Source of the DNA: Pristiophorus japonicus
Lineage: Eukaryota
Direction of reading: 5' to 3'
Assembly (NCBI RefSeq): GCF_044704955.1
Contig: NC_091984.1
Location: forward strand, 198,090,001-198,154,000
DNA: 64,000 nucleotides
The notes beneath the pieces were generated by a model. That model made no database searches and was not told where the DNA came from. It saw nothing but the letters and a program-made list of their open reading frames with translations. The position numbers were made by a program, and so were the translations under genes. This document shows positions 1-15,447 of the stretch, one piece after another. How positions within the stretch are numbered: position 1 is the stretch's first letter; each line of letters opens with the position of its first letter.

Positions 1-1621
1 CGCCGGTTCCGAAGGCATCCATAATTTTACAGGTTTCACTGTATTTCTAGCTAATTAATTAATTACTCTTTTTGCAGAAGATTTGGTTACAGCTCCAAGA
101 TTGGGCTATTGAAGTTGGTTTTAACATTTGGCTTTTATTTGTAAATTTGTTTTAGTTTGCTTTTACAGAATGGCCCCACTTGTTTTGCATGTAATTATAG
201 TATATCTTCATAGAGCACAGGAGGCGAGCATTCAGCCCACTGTGCTCCGCCGGCTCTCTGAAAGCTAGCAATTAGTCGCACTCACCTGCTCCCAAACAGG
301 CTTCAGCATCTAAACATAGGCATGTACCAGGAAAAAGAATAATAATCTTTACCCTCTACAGGGGTGTTAAGAGGCTTATACGTCAGCAGCATTGAGAAAA
401 TACTCCTTGCTCAGTCTCATTATCACAGAATTATTCAGCATCCATTTTCCACTTTAATTCTCAGAAACCCAAAGAAAATCCACAAAGGAGAACTTCTAGC
501 ACATGCTCACTTTTTTTCTCACTTAGTAAGAAGCAGTCCATCTGTGCATTCAGCTAGTTATAAGCCGCTACTTTCTCTTTCACGACTCTTCCTTTTTTTG
601 ATGCTGAATTTCACCCCTTCTCCTCTCCGAATTTCTGATGAGGTATGCTTCCCAGGTGCATCACATCTTTCTCACCTGACATTTGCACACATGCAGCTTA
701 CAGAAGATGCCGTAGATAGCAATCAGAAGCAGAAGCCGTGATCGATTTTTCCCTTCCTAGTCAAGAGAGCCGAGGCCAATTTTAGTGTCCCAACCACTGT
801 CCTGGCTGAAATCAGCTAACTCCACATAAACCAGGGATTGATCCTGGCTCCCTCTTGTCTGTAGTTTAGAATACTCACATAGAATCATCTGCTCTGCAAG
901 CTACTGAATGGGATCTCATTTTATACAAAGGCCGTTAACTATGGCGGAGGAAACTGTGTTTGAAAAATATATTTTACTCCTCGCCCCAGTCTGCTCACAT
1001 CTTCTCTGACTGATGACAGGCCAAGTGATCTGCTCGCAGACCTAATGGACTCACTCGGCAGGCAGTAGTTATGAGATGTGGGAGAACACACTGGCTCTCC
1101 ACTAGCCATGGGGAAGCATCTTGCTTCATTCAATGTCTCTGCCCATCAGTACGTTGAGAGCAGAAGTTCAAGATGGGGAGAATCGCATCTTACATACGAG
1201 ATGGGATATTGACTTTCCAAACAGCTGCATTTCTATGGGGATGTGTAATCTTCATATTAAGCACCTAACTGCATATCTCCAAGAGTTATATTAACTTAGT
1301 CCTGACTGGAGAATAATTTGTACTGAATGATTGAGGGCAGACTGACATTCAGTAACAGATGTGTTCTGTAGTTTGCCATATCTTGACCAGGAACGTGTCA
1401 ACAAGAAAATAGATGTTCAGTTCAATTTCCATTTCTACGTGTATGCCAGATGTGACTTACTTTCCAAACTGTCATTGGCAGAAAATGCAAAGCTACTACC
1501 CTGTATTGGTTTTTTTCCCCCAACTATGCTACATGACCCACCGAATAACAGCATTGAGCATGCCACAAGCAGCCATCTGTGAGCCTAACGAGTAACAGAG
1601 ACTCCTAATTTCACTAATTAC

Positions 1622-1754
1622 CTTTTCTGGATTGATCCCCAAGTGAAAGTAAAGTCTGCCCTGAAGCATCAGGTATTCAACATCATCAGGAGCCAAGGTG
1701 AGATACAAATCAAGAGCATTTCGTAGTAATTGGTAAGACTGGTCATTGCCCTCT
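1622..1754 (-). CDS. FBXO21: FBXO21 coding exon 9 (gene continues beyond left edge)
   Basis: AG/GT bounded, 133 nt. EGNDQSYQLLRNALDLYLTLAPDDVEYLMLQGRLYFHLGINPEK. The YccV-domain exons were not found in 1-1621. Confidence 0.92.
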
Positions 1755-1886
1755 CTGTAAACAACAAAATATTGAAGGTAGATGCGAAAGGAAGCTCTTC
1801 TCTACAAAATATTTATTTTCTTAAGTTTTACAATTATGTGCTCCACTTTGTAGTGCAGCCATTTATCCTGGCTAGCAACAGTTTAG

Positions 1887-2313
1887 AACTTGCACTTGTA
1901 TAAGGCCTTTCACATACTCAATGTCCCAAAGCACATCATAGCCAATTACATATATCCTGAAGTGTAGTCATTGTTGTTTTACTGGCAAACATGGCAGCCA
2001 AATTGCACACAATAAGGTTCCAGCAAACAGCAAATGAATGCCCAGTCAATCTGCTTTGTTGGTGGTGTTGGGTCAGGGAGAAATGTTGGCCGGGATACCA
2101 GGAGAACCTGCTGGTCTTCCTCAAATATTGCCATGTGATCGTTTACATTCACTTGCACAGGAAAATGGGGCCTCGGTTTAATGCCTCATTTGATAGACAG
2201 TGCATCTGATAATGCAGCGCTCACTGTGTACTGCACTAAAATGTCAGCCCAGATTATGTGCTCAAGTCCTGGAGTGCATTTCTCAACCTTCTGACTCAGA
2301 GGCGAGAGTGCTA
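1887..2313 (-). mobile_element. same SINE family
   Basis: Colinear with 12235-12653. Confidence 0.7.
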
Positions 2314-2961
2314 TCACTTACAATTACATCACAAGGTTACAGTACTGCTAAAGAAATTGGATACATTTCCTAGGGTGGTAATAGGATGGTTTCATCAGAT
2401 GAAGGTGGTTGAAATAGCTTTAGCTCCAATGGCATTGCTTAAATTTCTCTAAAGCAACACAGACACAAATGGCCTGTCACGTTTAACAATTCCCCAAGCA
2501 TTTAACAAGCTCATATGGGAGTCTCTCATATTCTACAAACTGTCAAATCTTTAGAATACCTGCAGTATTTGGCAGTTCAAACCAATTATATAATGATCAG
2601 ATTTAAAATATATATGATTAAAACGGTAAGCCTTTATAGCTTTCCCTTAAAGTGATTTTCTACCCAATAAGTCCGCTCAGCACCGCACACCTCTTGTATC
2701 TGAGCAAGTAGGATGGGCAGTCACCCTTCTCCAAAACAACTGCCAGTATTATTTTTACTGGGAAACTAGGAATCATGCGAGAGCAGCAGAGACACGCTAT
2801 CTGATTTCTCTGCTGCTTGGTCTCCAGCGTAGGTAGCCATTTATTTTCCATTTTATTGACAGAGAAAACATGGCTTTGTATGATTGGTACCCAATTATAT
2901 GGAACTATTACTCCAAACCAATACCAACCACAGACTCAGAGTAGATCCACCCGCCTCTTAC

Positions 2962-3138
2962 CTCTTTCCCAGGTGAAACAGATTTGTTACCATGCGGAAC
3001 AGCACATCCTTAATGGTAACAGAACTGTAAAAATTAGCAGCAACTTGGTGACCAATCAGATGCTCACATTCCTTCGCAGTACATGTTTTCCCATTATCAA
3101 AGGCATCAATGTAGACGTAGTCCAAAATATCAGTACTC
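2962..3138 (-). CDS. FBXO21: FBXO21 coding exon 8
   Basis: AG/GT bounded, 177 nt. STDILDYVYIDAFDNGKTCTAKECEHLIGHQVAANFYSSVTIKDVLFRMVTNLFHLGKR. Confidence 0.93.
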
Positions 3139-3850
3139 CTGGGAAAAGTGAGAGAGAATGAAGGATTCAATTATAAACATCACAACACAGAAAGCAGTAA
3201 AGTTTTATACAATGGCAAATAACTAATAATAGAAAGAAATCAAACAAATATGCAAATGTCAAAATAACTGGCCAAATTTCTGGGGGGCGGGGGGCAGGGA
3301 GAGGAGTCCTTGCCTATTGTAACAAACTATAAAATGAACATACTCGGAAAAGTTTTATTTTAAACTTGTATTATAAAAGTTAACACTGCCAATACCTCCA
3401 TGAGAGCCAAACATGAACAAATCTGAAATGAGAATGTGCTTAGCATATCTGGTCATTTTGCTAAAAACATTTATTCACTCTACTGTGCACAAATTAAAAA
3501 GTCTAAGAGCTTCAAATTCACCATTTTAATGAAACATATTTTTAAACCAATGTAGTTTGACCTTTTCTGTATTCAAGGTGAAATTGTCTTTTAAGGCATT
3601 TGCAGGGAAGATTTGCTCTGTATGTTATATGCAGTGAAGTCACAAACACGTTTATAAATCAGGAGGGTGGTCTGTTGTAGTATGTACTTTGGCATCATTC
3701 AGATCTGTTCAGAAACCAACATTTTTCACTGCCTCTGAAATGATTGGTGCAAATAATGGTATTTGGACAGTGCATTGTGTTGCACACTGCATGCGTAGAA
3801 CTGTTCAGATATCATGCCACACCAGATCACATCACATTCATACCAACAGA

Positions 3851-4140
3851 AACTTGGATTTATATAGCATCTTTAACATAGAAAAAATCCCTACGGTCTT
3901 CACAGATGAGTAATTAGACATAAATGGATGCTGAACCAAAGAAGGAGATATTAGGAGGCGAAGCCAGAAGCTTAGCCAAAAGGTGGCTTTTAAGGAGGCT
4001 TGTAAAGGAGGAGGTGGAGAAGTAGATGGATTTAGGGAGGGATTTCCAGAGCGTGGGGCTTAGATGGTTGAAGGCATAACCGGCAATTGATTTGAGGGTG
4101 CACAAGATGCCAGAGTGGATGAACACAGAGTTCTGGTGGA
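3851..4140 (-). mobile_element. L2 3' fragment
   Basis: Encodes the AFNHLSPTLWKSLP...FTSLLKSHL motif and an L2 tail. Confidence 0.65.
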
Positions 4141-4214
4141 GGATGTTAGTTTCTGACACATTAAAAATAATGAAATTGATTCATTCTTCAAAAAGATATC
4201 TAAATAATTATTAC

Positions 4215-4351
4215 CCTTCAACTTTTTGACACCACCTTAAGAGGAAGTGACTAGGAAAACTGACTGGCTCCAGTCGTACACCCAGATTCTTGCCTATTGT
4301 TGAATATACCACACAGAGAGTGATGGGAATTCCTTTTTTTGTTCTAAGCAC
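4215..4351 (-). CDS. FBXO21: FBXO21 coding exon 7 (transglutaminase-like core)
   Basis: Follows an 84-nt intron; 137 nt. VLRTKKGIPITLCVVYSTIGKNLGVRLEPVSFPSHFLLRWCQKVE. Not in the ORF track; read directly from the sequence. Confidence 0.93.
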
Positions 4352-4435
4352 CTAGATGCAAACAACACAGAAATAATGACTTTTAAATATGTATTTCATA
4401 ATTCTAGACAGAGCATTATCTTAAAAGTCACATAC

Positions 4436-4572
4436 CTGGTGTATATAGGAATTCATGGGGTTGTAATAATCATCTTCATCACCTCTAAATTTCAGCTGCT
4501 TGTATAAGACACAGTTCATAACATCCAGAACCTGTTGCTGAAGTTCTAAATCATCAATAAACACTTCCCCAT
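4436..4572 (-). CDS. FBXO21: FBXO21 coding exon 6
   Basis: AG/GT bounded, 137 nt. DGEVFIDDLELQQQVLDVMNCVLYKQLKFRGDEDDYYNPMNSYIHQ. Confidence 0.93.
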
Positions 4573-5006
4573 CTGAAATATGAATCACCAAAGATAAATG
4601 ATATATTACAAGTATGCAGAATATATACAGTAAATAGAACAATGTGGAAAAACAAAGCATTTCAGATCCATTTTTCATTTATATTACAATACATGTACTC
4701 AAAGGAGAAGGAAAGTCCAAGTATTCGCCATTTCACAGCAGAAAATATATCTTTCAAAAGCTGGTCTAATTTCCACCGCCCCACCCCATCAAAAAAAACA
4801 TAAATTTTATTACCTGCATGACCCTCAAATTAAACCTCCCTCCCTATTAACTTGCTCTGTGACACACTAAGACGAAGCATCACGAGCCAGTCGTGTGGTT
4901 TCCCAGGGTCTCATGCCTCAGAAGCAGTTTTCAGAATGTGCAAAGTCTTGGCCCCAGTTGTTTCAATAGAGCCACTCTGGGATGCCTGGGTTCAAATGTC
5001 ACTCAA

Positions 5007-5320
5007 TACAGGCTGAGCGTCCGAAATCCGGAGTTCCAAAATTCAGAATGTTCCGGAATCTGGGCCAATCCATGGCAGGGTCATCTGGAAACCGGAAAAT
5101 GTTCCGAAGTCCGGACTCCTCCCGCCTCGGCGGCCCAATCTCGTCCCGGCCCTCAGCGGCCCAACCTCGCCTCAGCCCCCCACCCCCCTTACCTCGGCAG
5201 GCCGACCTCGCCCACTTACCTTGGCTGCCTGACCCCACCTACCTCAGCCCAGGCAAAGACGTTCCAAAATCCGGAAATACTCGGTCCCGAGGTTTCCGGA
5301 TTTTGGATGTTCAACCTGTA
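5007..5320. mobile_element. Tc1/mariner-pogo (Tigger-like) MITE
   Basis: TIRs CAGGYTGARCRTCCRAAATCCGGA at both ends, flanked by TA. Confidence 0.8.
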
Positions 5321-5512
5321 CTAGGATTCAAACTTGGGTCCCCAGCTGCAAATACAAAACTCGAGAACTGCTGGCACTGGATTTCACTGTACTTTTGAAG
5401 ACTGAGGTTAGGTCCAAAGTAGCTGAAGAAATTACATTTCTTTAATACAATATAAAATAAAAACACAATGTTGATCTATTGGAGAAAAAAGCTGTATAAC
5501 TAAATGATGTAC

Positions 5513-5659
5513 CTCTTTCTGCAGTGATACTTGGATGAGAAGATTTTGTTAAACGCAACACTTTTTTCACCTCTTCTGTAATAGAGTTCAACTGTAATAG
5601 GACATTCTCCAGGGAGGTGTCTGCTAAAGGGTTGCAGTATTGGTCTATCAGCACAACAC
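5513..5659 (-). CDS. FBXO21: FBXO21 coding exon 5
   Basis: AG/GT bounded, 147 nt. GVVLIDQYCNPLADTSLENVLLQLNSITEEVKKVLRLTKSSHPSITAER. Confidence 0.92.
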
Positions 5660-6212
5660 CTAGCAAGTAAGTAAATCAAACTTTATGCTTACACTCTTAA
5701 TTATGTATTTTACATTATATATAACCATAATTTTAAGTACATAACCCTGACAACAGATTTTTGGGGGAAATGTCAGTGTAGTGTACTGACATCAAATTCG
5801 TGGACATCTATGTTGTAACATGTGGCAGATAACAAGATTCTTACCTGTAATTTCCTCATGGTAATTTCCCCAAACCCATTCAAGTGAAAGGAAGATGCTG
5901 GGAAGAAATTGAGTCACCTTTGTCCAATCTGGAGCCATCCCAAGGTTTGCAAGAGTGGCAATGAATGAGACCTGAAAGCAGGTTTCCTGCCAGCCCCTTC
6001 ACCAGCAAATGGCACAGTAAAAGTGACAACTTAAAAGATATGCTCACGTGAAAATTATCCATTTCTATTTTGTACCTGCTGTACATCTCAATTTCTCATA
6101 TGTTTGTCTTTCTAATAGTTAATGGAGTAAGAAAGTGCAGCTACATAAACTTCAGTTGAGAATAATGTTACTCAACGAGGAACATGGTTATTTATACCAT
6201 CTTACTAAGGCT

Positions 6213-6870
6213 ATGGCCCTGAAAATGGGGCCTCTCCGGGTGAGTACGGTGTGCGCACACGCCTGAAGAGGCCCTGCAAGTTCCGAGTTTAGACGCGTAA
6301 AGTGCATGCGCTGAAATTCAGCATTTGCGAATTGTCAAATTTTATTTTGACAGTTCCAATGCATCCCCGGGAGAAGGACTATTTGCCCAGCGAATGTCCT
6401 TAAAATGTTTACATCTGGTAAAAGCAGGCATAAGGCTTTCTTTTATCAGCGTACGAGTTTTAAAAGAAAGAAGAATTAAGTTTTCACTAATTTTTATATT
6501 AAAAACCCTGTCCATTAAGATAAGTTTATTTTTAACCTTATTAAAACATTTTTAAAACACTTCAAAAAAATAACTTTTTCCTGAAACATTTAATTCAATT
6601 TCAATTAATTTTAAACATGCGAGGTGTTTTTTTTTTATTGTGTTGTGTTCTGGGGGGTATTCTCATGGATAGTAATGGGAGCTCATACAAACGGAACTCA
6701 TCATTATTATCAATGAGAAGACTCCATGTTCATTGGTGGTCCAGGCCCATGTGATCCCAGGTCACGCTTACGTTCCTGGGATGCAAGGGTCTCTGCGCTG
6801 GGCTGTGTATCTTGGCTTCCAGGACCACCAGATACTTACGTGTAAAAAATTTCGGTTGGAGGCATCCGCC
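6213..6870. repeat. dispersed non-autonomous element; related inverted copy at ~58575-59045
   Basis: CpG-rich ends and an AT-rich core. Shares segments with 58575-59045 in reverse complement. Confidence 0.45.
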
Positions 6871-6903
6871 CATAAAAATATATATTTATATTAATTCACT
6901 TAC

Positions 6904-7025
6904 CTTCTATTAATTTTTGCTGTTCTGGTGGAGATGAGAGAAACTCCTTCAATGTTTCCATGATGTCCTGCTGACGAAGAAAGCACAGGATTTTCCGAGC
7001 ATAATATTTCCAGGTCAGGTACTTC
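6904..7025 (-). CDS. FBXO21: FBXO21 coding exon 4
   Basis: AG/GT bounded, 122 nt. KYLTWKYYARKILCFLRQQDIMETLKEFLSSPPEQQKLIE. Confidence 0.92.
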
Positions 7026-7181
7026 CTGCAGTAAAAAGCATTATTTTTAATTATCCAACATTTGCCTCACTGATAATTTAATTAAAATCTTTTAAATTGG
7101 AAAAATAAACCTGGCTTGATAGATTGACATGCAATTTGTCCCTTCTTGATTTTTATACATACTCTATTACCATTTACTAAC

Positions 7182-7276
7182 CTTTCATCCATGTTTAGAA
7201 TCGACACCAATTCATCTTCAATAAAACGGAATGGACCATCTAGAGCCTCAACGTCTTTAAAGCCATGAACAGGAAC
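7182..7276 (-). CDS. FBXO21: FBXO21 coding exon 3
   Basis: AG/GT bounded, 95 nt. VPVHGFKDVEALDGPFRFIEDELVSILNMDER matches FBXO21. Confidence 0.92.
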
Positions 7277-8201
7277 CTGCCAATGAAAAGCTCTGTTATA
7301 ACCAATGCCACATTAGTGCCATCTGCTGGCAATTATACATTTTTAAATTCTTTGTTTGACTATGTGATTTCAAATGAAAACAGTCATTAGTCAATTGATT
7401 ATTTTGTTTTATAACTCCACGCAGAGCTACAAAACACTTCTCCAATGGAGAAGATTTATTTATTGGTAGCATAAGCTGAAAGAATGCACACACAACACAC
7501 TTAAGTTGCAGGAGTTTCCTCCAGATAAACATTGGTACTATTTTATATTTTACAGACTGTATTTTCTGTGTAAATAACCATAACCTTTTTTTGTATAAAA
7601 TCAACCTGTTTCTACTTCAAGGTGGTCTCAATACTAGAGGGAGCATAATGCATTGCTGCTAGTACACTGATGTAAATATATCTAATTATTTTGATTCAAT
7701 TTTATACATGTTTTAATTAGTCTGTGACAATTTAACTTTGACCACACTTAACAGATGCATTATTATGCAACACTTAAATGTCTCATAATAGCTACTTAAT
7801 AAAGGATAGGAATGTTTCAGGCATGTGAAAATGTTTCTCAAATTACATTAGAAAACTAGTAACGTGAACTTTTCACTCAAAGAAATTAAAATTACAGGCA
7901 ATGTCAAAACAAGGAAATGATTGATATCGGCCAAGATTACAATGAATATTCAGAATTCCTGAGAGTCTCTGTACAATCTATGTAAAATAGTCCACATGGG
8001 GATTGAGACATAACCAGCACTGGTTATGCGGCAAGAATTGTATTGGGAAAATGCTTCCCAAGAGCTAAAGCAAGTTTGGCTGAGGTGTCACAGGTCACCA
8101 TCAACAAAGGAATCCATCAGCAGATATTTCAGCTCAGGAGATGCATGAACAATGGCAGCAATCACCAACATTTAGACAGCTCAATGGCATGTTAATTATG
8201 T

Positions 8202-10742
<2,541 letters not shown>

Positions 10743-10934
10743 ATGTTGATTATGTGCAGGAAATGTTGGAACATGGTAATGACACTATATTCAACAACAA
10801 GCTAATGTATTTCCATCTGTGTGTGCGGCACAACCTTTCATACATCAATACAGCGTGATATATTGTTACATGCATGGCTCAGATATCAATGCATCTTCGG
10901 CACACGCATATCCATTTATTATTATAATTCTAAC

Positions 10935-11070
10935 CTCTCTTGTAAAAAATCGCTTTGAAAAGGTGTCCACCATTTTCCGCACTTGCCAGCCAGTAGAATG
11001 TCGTGTTCGGTATTCTTTCCACCAGTTACGAGTTTCTGTAGTTCTGTAGTATTTTATCAGTGTGGGCCAC
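10935..11070 (-). CDS. FBXO21: FBXO21 coding exon 2
   Basis: ttttgcAG acceptor. Encodes (R)WPTLIKYYRTTETRNWWKEYRTRHSTGWQVRKMVDTFSKRFFTRE. GT donor; 136 nt restores phase 0. Confidence 0.92.
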
Positions 11071-11406
11071 CTGCAAAAGTTAGAAGCATACAGATATTAT
11101 TCAAATGATTCAAAACTTTCTTTTTTTTTGAGGGATACACACTTTCCCTAGGAGGTCAAACACCATCTAATTTCCCTTTCCTTGATAGCCCCTTCAGGCC
11201 TATAGATATCCTGAGTTTAAAAGCAGAGCAGGTAGCCAGCTCCCACACACACCACTACAATTGCAAGTGGAGCACTGCAGATTTCCCAATAGAGGTCTCT
11301 TCTAGCACCTCCATCCAGCAACACTGACTGAAGTCAGTGGAGTGGGAGAAAGTAAGATCAACCTCATGCTCTATTACTCCACTGCATCAAACCTCACAAT
11401 CTTATC

Positions 11407-12200
11407 TCATTATCATAGGCAGTCCCTTGAAATCGAGGAAGACTTGCTTCCACTGTAAAAGTGAGTTCTCAGCTGACTGTACAGTCCAATACAGGAATTA
11501 CAGTCTCTGTCACAGGTGGGAGAGACAGTGGTTGAAGGATGGGGAGTCTGGTTTGATGCATGCTCCTTCCGTTGTCTGAGTTTGGTTTCTGCATGCTCTC
11601 GGCGACGAGACTCGAGATGCTCAGCGCCCTCCCGGATGCTCTTCCTCCACTTAGGGCGGTCTTGGGCCAGGGATTCCCAGGTGTCAGGTGGGGATGTTGC
11701 ACTTTATCAAGGAGACTTTGAGGGTGTCCTTGAAACGTTTCCTCTGCCCACCTGGGGCTCGCTTGCTGTGTAGGAGTTCCGAGTAGAGCGCTTGCTTTGG
11801 GAGTCTCGTGTCAGGCATGCAGAAGATGTGGCCCGCCCAGCAGAGCTGGTCGAGTGTGGTCGGTGCTTCGATGCTGGGGATGTTGGCCTGATCGAGAACA
11901 CTGACGTTGGTCCGTCTATCCTCCCAGGAAATTTGCAGGATCTTGCGATGGCAGCGCTGGTGGTATTTCTCCAGCGCTTTGAGGTGTCTACTGTACATGG
12001 TCCACGTCTCTGAGCCATACAGGAGGGTGGGTATTACTACAGCCCTGTAGACCATAAGCTTGATGCCAGATTTGAGGGCCTGATCCTCGAACACACTCTT
12101 CCTCAGGCGACCGAAGGCTGCGCTGGCACACTGGAGGTGGTGTTGGACCTAGTCGTCGACGTCTGCCCTTGCTGATAGTAGGCTCCCGAGGTATGAAAAA
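11407..12200 (-). mobile_element. RTE-clade LINE 3' fragment
   Basis: KLMVYRAVVIPTLLYGSETWT...QLCWAGH, with the (CAT)n tail at the left. Confidence 0.88.
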
Positions 12201-12234
12201 GGATTGATCCGATACATCAATAGACAGGCAGACA

Positions 12235-12653
12235 AAACTTGCATTTATAGAGCATCTTTCACAACCTCAGGAAGTCCCAAAACATTTTACAGCCAATTAA
12301 GTACTTTTGAATTGTAGTCACTGTCGTAATGCAAGAAACGCTGCAGCCAATTTGTGTACAATAAGGTCCCACAAACAGCACTGTGATATTGATCAGATAA
12401 TCTGGTTGATGTTGTTTGAAGGATAAATATTGGCCAGGACACCAGGGATAACTGCCCTACTCTTCTTCAAAATAGTGCCATGGGATCTTTTTCGATCATC
12501 CGAGAGAGCAAATGAGGCCTCAGTTTACCGCCTCATCTGAAAGACAGCACCTCAGACAGTGTACTGGAGTATCAGCCTAGATGATGTGCTCAAGTTTATG
12601 GAATGGGACTTGACTCAGAGGCTGGAGTGCTATCCAATGAGCCACAGCTGACT
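12235..12653 (-). mobile_element. same SINE family
   Basis: Reverse complement of 41006-41470. Confidence 0.72.
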
Positions 12654-14759
12654 AGACAGATAAACATTTGTTTTGAAACTATGGTGGTAAATGTGCATAT
12701 GCTCAGGAGCCATAATACAAGCATGAGTATCCAGCCACAACCACCATCATTTAAGATACCAGTTATATTCTTCCTTTCCTACTTTCTTGGTTTTTCTCCA
12801 CCAACACACTGCTGAGGCCCTGCCAATACTTTACTGTAACCGGCTCCAGAAAGTGTGCAAGAGTTGCCCAGAGTAATTCATCTTCCCTTCCAATGGAGAA
12901 TCTCACTGTCTGCTCAAATCCTCAGCCAAATCTGCAAGTGGGAGACTGTGGGTCCAATCACATGTGCCACCTACTCTGCAGGCCAGTACAGTATTGCTCC
13001 AACAAGTTGTCGCATCCAACTACACTATTCATTCTGCACAGCAATTTTAACTAGGGTGGGGAAGTGCCGGTGAAGTGGGGAAGCACGTCTATCCAATAAC
13101 CTCACAAAATTGGATTCTGTTTACTCTCAATGAAATCATGCCTGCAGTCACACAAATAAGCTGAATTAGCTCCCAACTGGTCATGCAAAAGATGATTAAT
13201 GTACTGTTGGAAGCAGTTTATTAAAAAGCCTATCTAAAACACTTAGTGTGTGCAAATGCTAATCATAGCCAATGATCCACAGCTACAGGCAGTGGTTTCA
13301 GTCAAACAGTCGTATCAACTTCAAGCTCTACGAGCATAGCACAACAATGTAGTATTAACTGATGTGAATGTAAGTTACACTGGGGTTCATTACCAGTGTC
13401 CTTTAAGTATGAAAGTCTGTTAAATAAGCAGTACCAGTACAGGCACACGAGCTATGAAGGCCATTCTTAGAATGAAAACCACAATAAGAACCTTGAACAA
13501 TGTGTTGCCAAAGGTTTGAAACATTTTCCTTTTACCTTTGAACCCAGACTCAGTCTCCTCTATCTGACATCAGTGAGGATCATAAATGAAATGAGTTGGG
13601 ACAGTCGCAACACAGTTCCAAGTGAGTACTAGTCCACGGCATAAAACTATCAACAATTCATGACTAATGACAATAACTTGGTAATCTCACTCAGAGAGGT
13701 TGCAAGGATAGTTTGAGAGAAATGGGAATGTGCACTGCTCCAGTGGGTGTGGTTTTCTGAAACTGGAATTCAGACAGTTGGACCAATATAGCAGGAGGAA
13801 TTTGTGACTTGTCTTGACATGTGAAGGCTTTATGAGGATAATGAAGTCAAAACCAAAATGTTCAACCAACCAGCAGTGACATTGCCTGCCCAATTTCATT
13901 CTGCCTTTCATATGAACTTTTTCAAACATCCCAATTATACATTTACCTCACTCAAGCTTCTTTTCAGTCAAAATATTTTCAAAGATATCGGCACATTGCT
14001 ATTAGTGCCCACATTACAACTAAAACATTATTTAAGAAATCCTGTGCAGTGATATAATGTTGAGAAATCAACACGTGGTGTGGCTCCTTATGCTTGGAAT
14101 ATGGACAAACAAGGCTGAACAGGGATCCTGAGAGTTACAACAGATGAAGAGTTATTTCAAAAGTTCATATTAGTGTTTGTGGAGTGTTTTTTTTAATTGA
14201 GAAATCATTGTATCGACACACTCTCCTCCCAAGTAAATGGCAGGCGAGAGTAGCAGAACACCGCATTTACTTCATTCAGCATGTTTGGCAGTGGTTTCAT
14301 ATCTAAAACGCGATTATGGGAGAAATGTTGGGGTTGCCCTCCCAGAAAGAGGCATGAATCTCTTGGACACTGCTGTTTCAGTGCGTTACTGGTGGAATCA
14401 AAGTTCCGCTTTGCCCCCTGCCTGCGAATCCCTCTCCCACCTGTAGGTGATCGCCTGGTTCTTGGAACTTCTCGCACAACAGCTGCTGCCGCCGCAAAGA
14501 AACTCAACTACAGGGGGACCCAACCTTTGGAAGGTCACTGGAGTAATATTTGCCGACTCCACGTGCTCCAATACCTGGCATCACACGATCAAATCTCCAG
14601 GAAAACCTCCAACCAGAGTTGGCAACTCAAGTTTGGAGTGAGTTGTGATTACTGGCATATACTGAAACTTTATTTGAACACACGAAGTCGTTTATTTTGA
14701 CAGATATATATAACTGGTCACATTAAAAAAAAAACAATCCAAGTGATTCCCAACCGCTG

Positions 14760-15215
14760 GCACTTTTGCAGCTGTCGGTTCCCTCGGCAGACCCCCCTGT
14801 CCCCCTACTCCCTACCCGCACAGGCGGCGCCTACCTCTGCCTGAACTTGTGCTTCCACACGGTGCTCCGGCCCTGACACACTTCCTGCAGCTTCTTGCAT
14901 GACAGGCAGATGCTAACCACATCCACATAGCTCAAGGAGGGGTGGCAGAATATCTGCTCCAGCACCTCCTCCGGCAGCCCCGTTAAGCCGCCATCGCCCT
15001 CCATCTCGGCGCCCCCCGCGGCTCCAACCTCCGCCATCTTGCTTGTTTACATCCAACCGGCGACTTCCGCTTCCGGCCGCCGGGAGCGCGGGGAATTCAA
15101 ACTCCTTTGGCCCCGCGGTGGGCGGCCGTCCATTGGCCGGCACTCCCTCCCGCCCCATCGGCCAAGAAGTGAACATCATTGGTGTGAACAAAAAAAACAG
15201 CGGCGGGCAGAATGC
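14760..15215 (-). promoter_or_regulatory. FBXO21 CpG-island promoter
   Basis: CpG-rich. YY1-type AAGATGGCGG overlaps the ATG. Tandem ETS/GABP-type ACTTCCG-CTTCCGG at ~15063-15076. CCAAT boxes (ATTGG) at ~15132 and ~15178. Confidence 0.7.
14835..15037 (-). CDS. FBXO21: F-box only protein 21, coding exon 1 (F-box)
   Basis: ATG at 15037 in a CpG island. Encodes MAEVG...LTGLPEEVLEQIFCHPSLSYVDVVSICLSCKKLQEVC (F-box). GT donor at 14834, phase 2. Confidence 0.93.
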
Positions 15216-15242
15216 AAACCTGTTGAAATTAATACATGTTCT

Positions 15243-15447
15243 TGTTATGTATGTAAACCTGTAATTACCATGTCTAACCGCCAGAGGGCCTATCCCCTGG
15301 AGTCCCAAGGGATCCCACAATCCCTTGGGAGCAGCTGTATATAAGGAGGCCTCAGACTGGAGAGGCATTCTGAGATCTGCAATAAAGGACTACGGTCACA
15401 CTTTGAACTTGCAATATCTAGTCTGACTCTTTATTCAAGACATAACA
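15243..15447 (+). mobile_element. solo LTR of a related Gypsy family
   Basis: TGTTATG...CATAACA termini, 5-bp TSD GTTCT, TATATAAG and AATAAA. Shares GGAGTCCCAAGGGATCCCA with the LTRs at 21590 and 24555 (reverse complement). Confidence 0.85.

Noticed and set aside
14205-14700. 139-aa and overlapping ORFs in FBXO21 intron 1
   Set aside because: No recognisable domain and no consistent exon structure. Possibly a decayed repeat.
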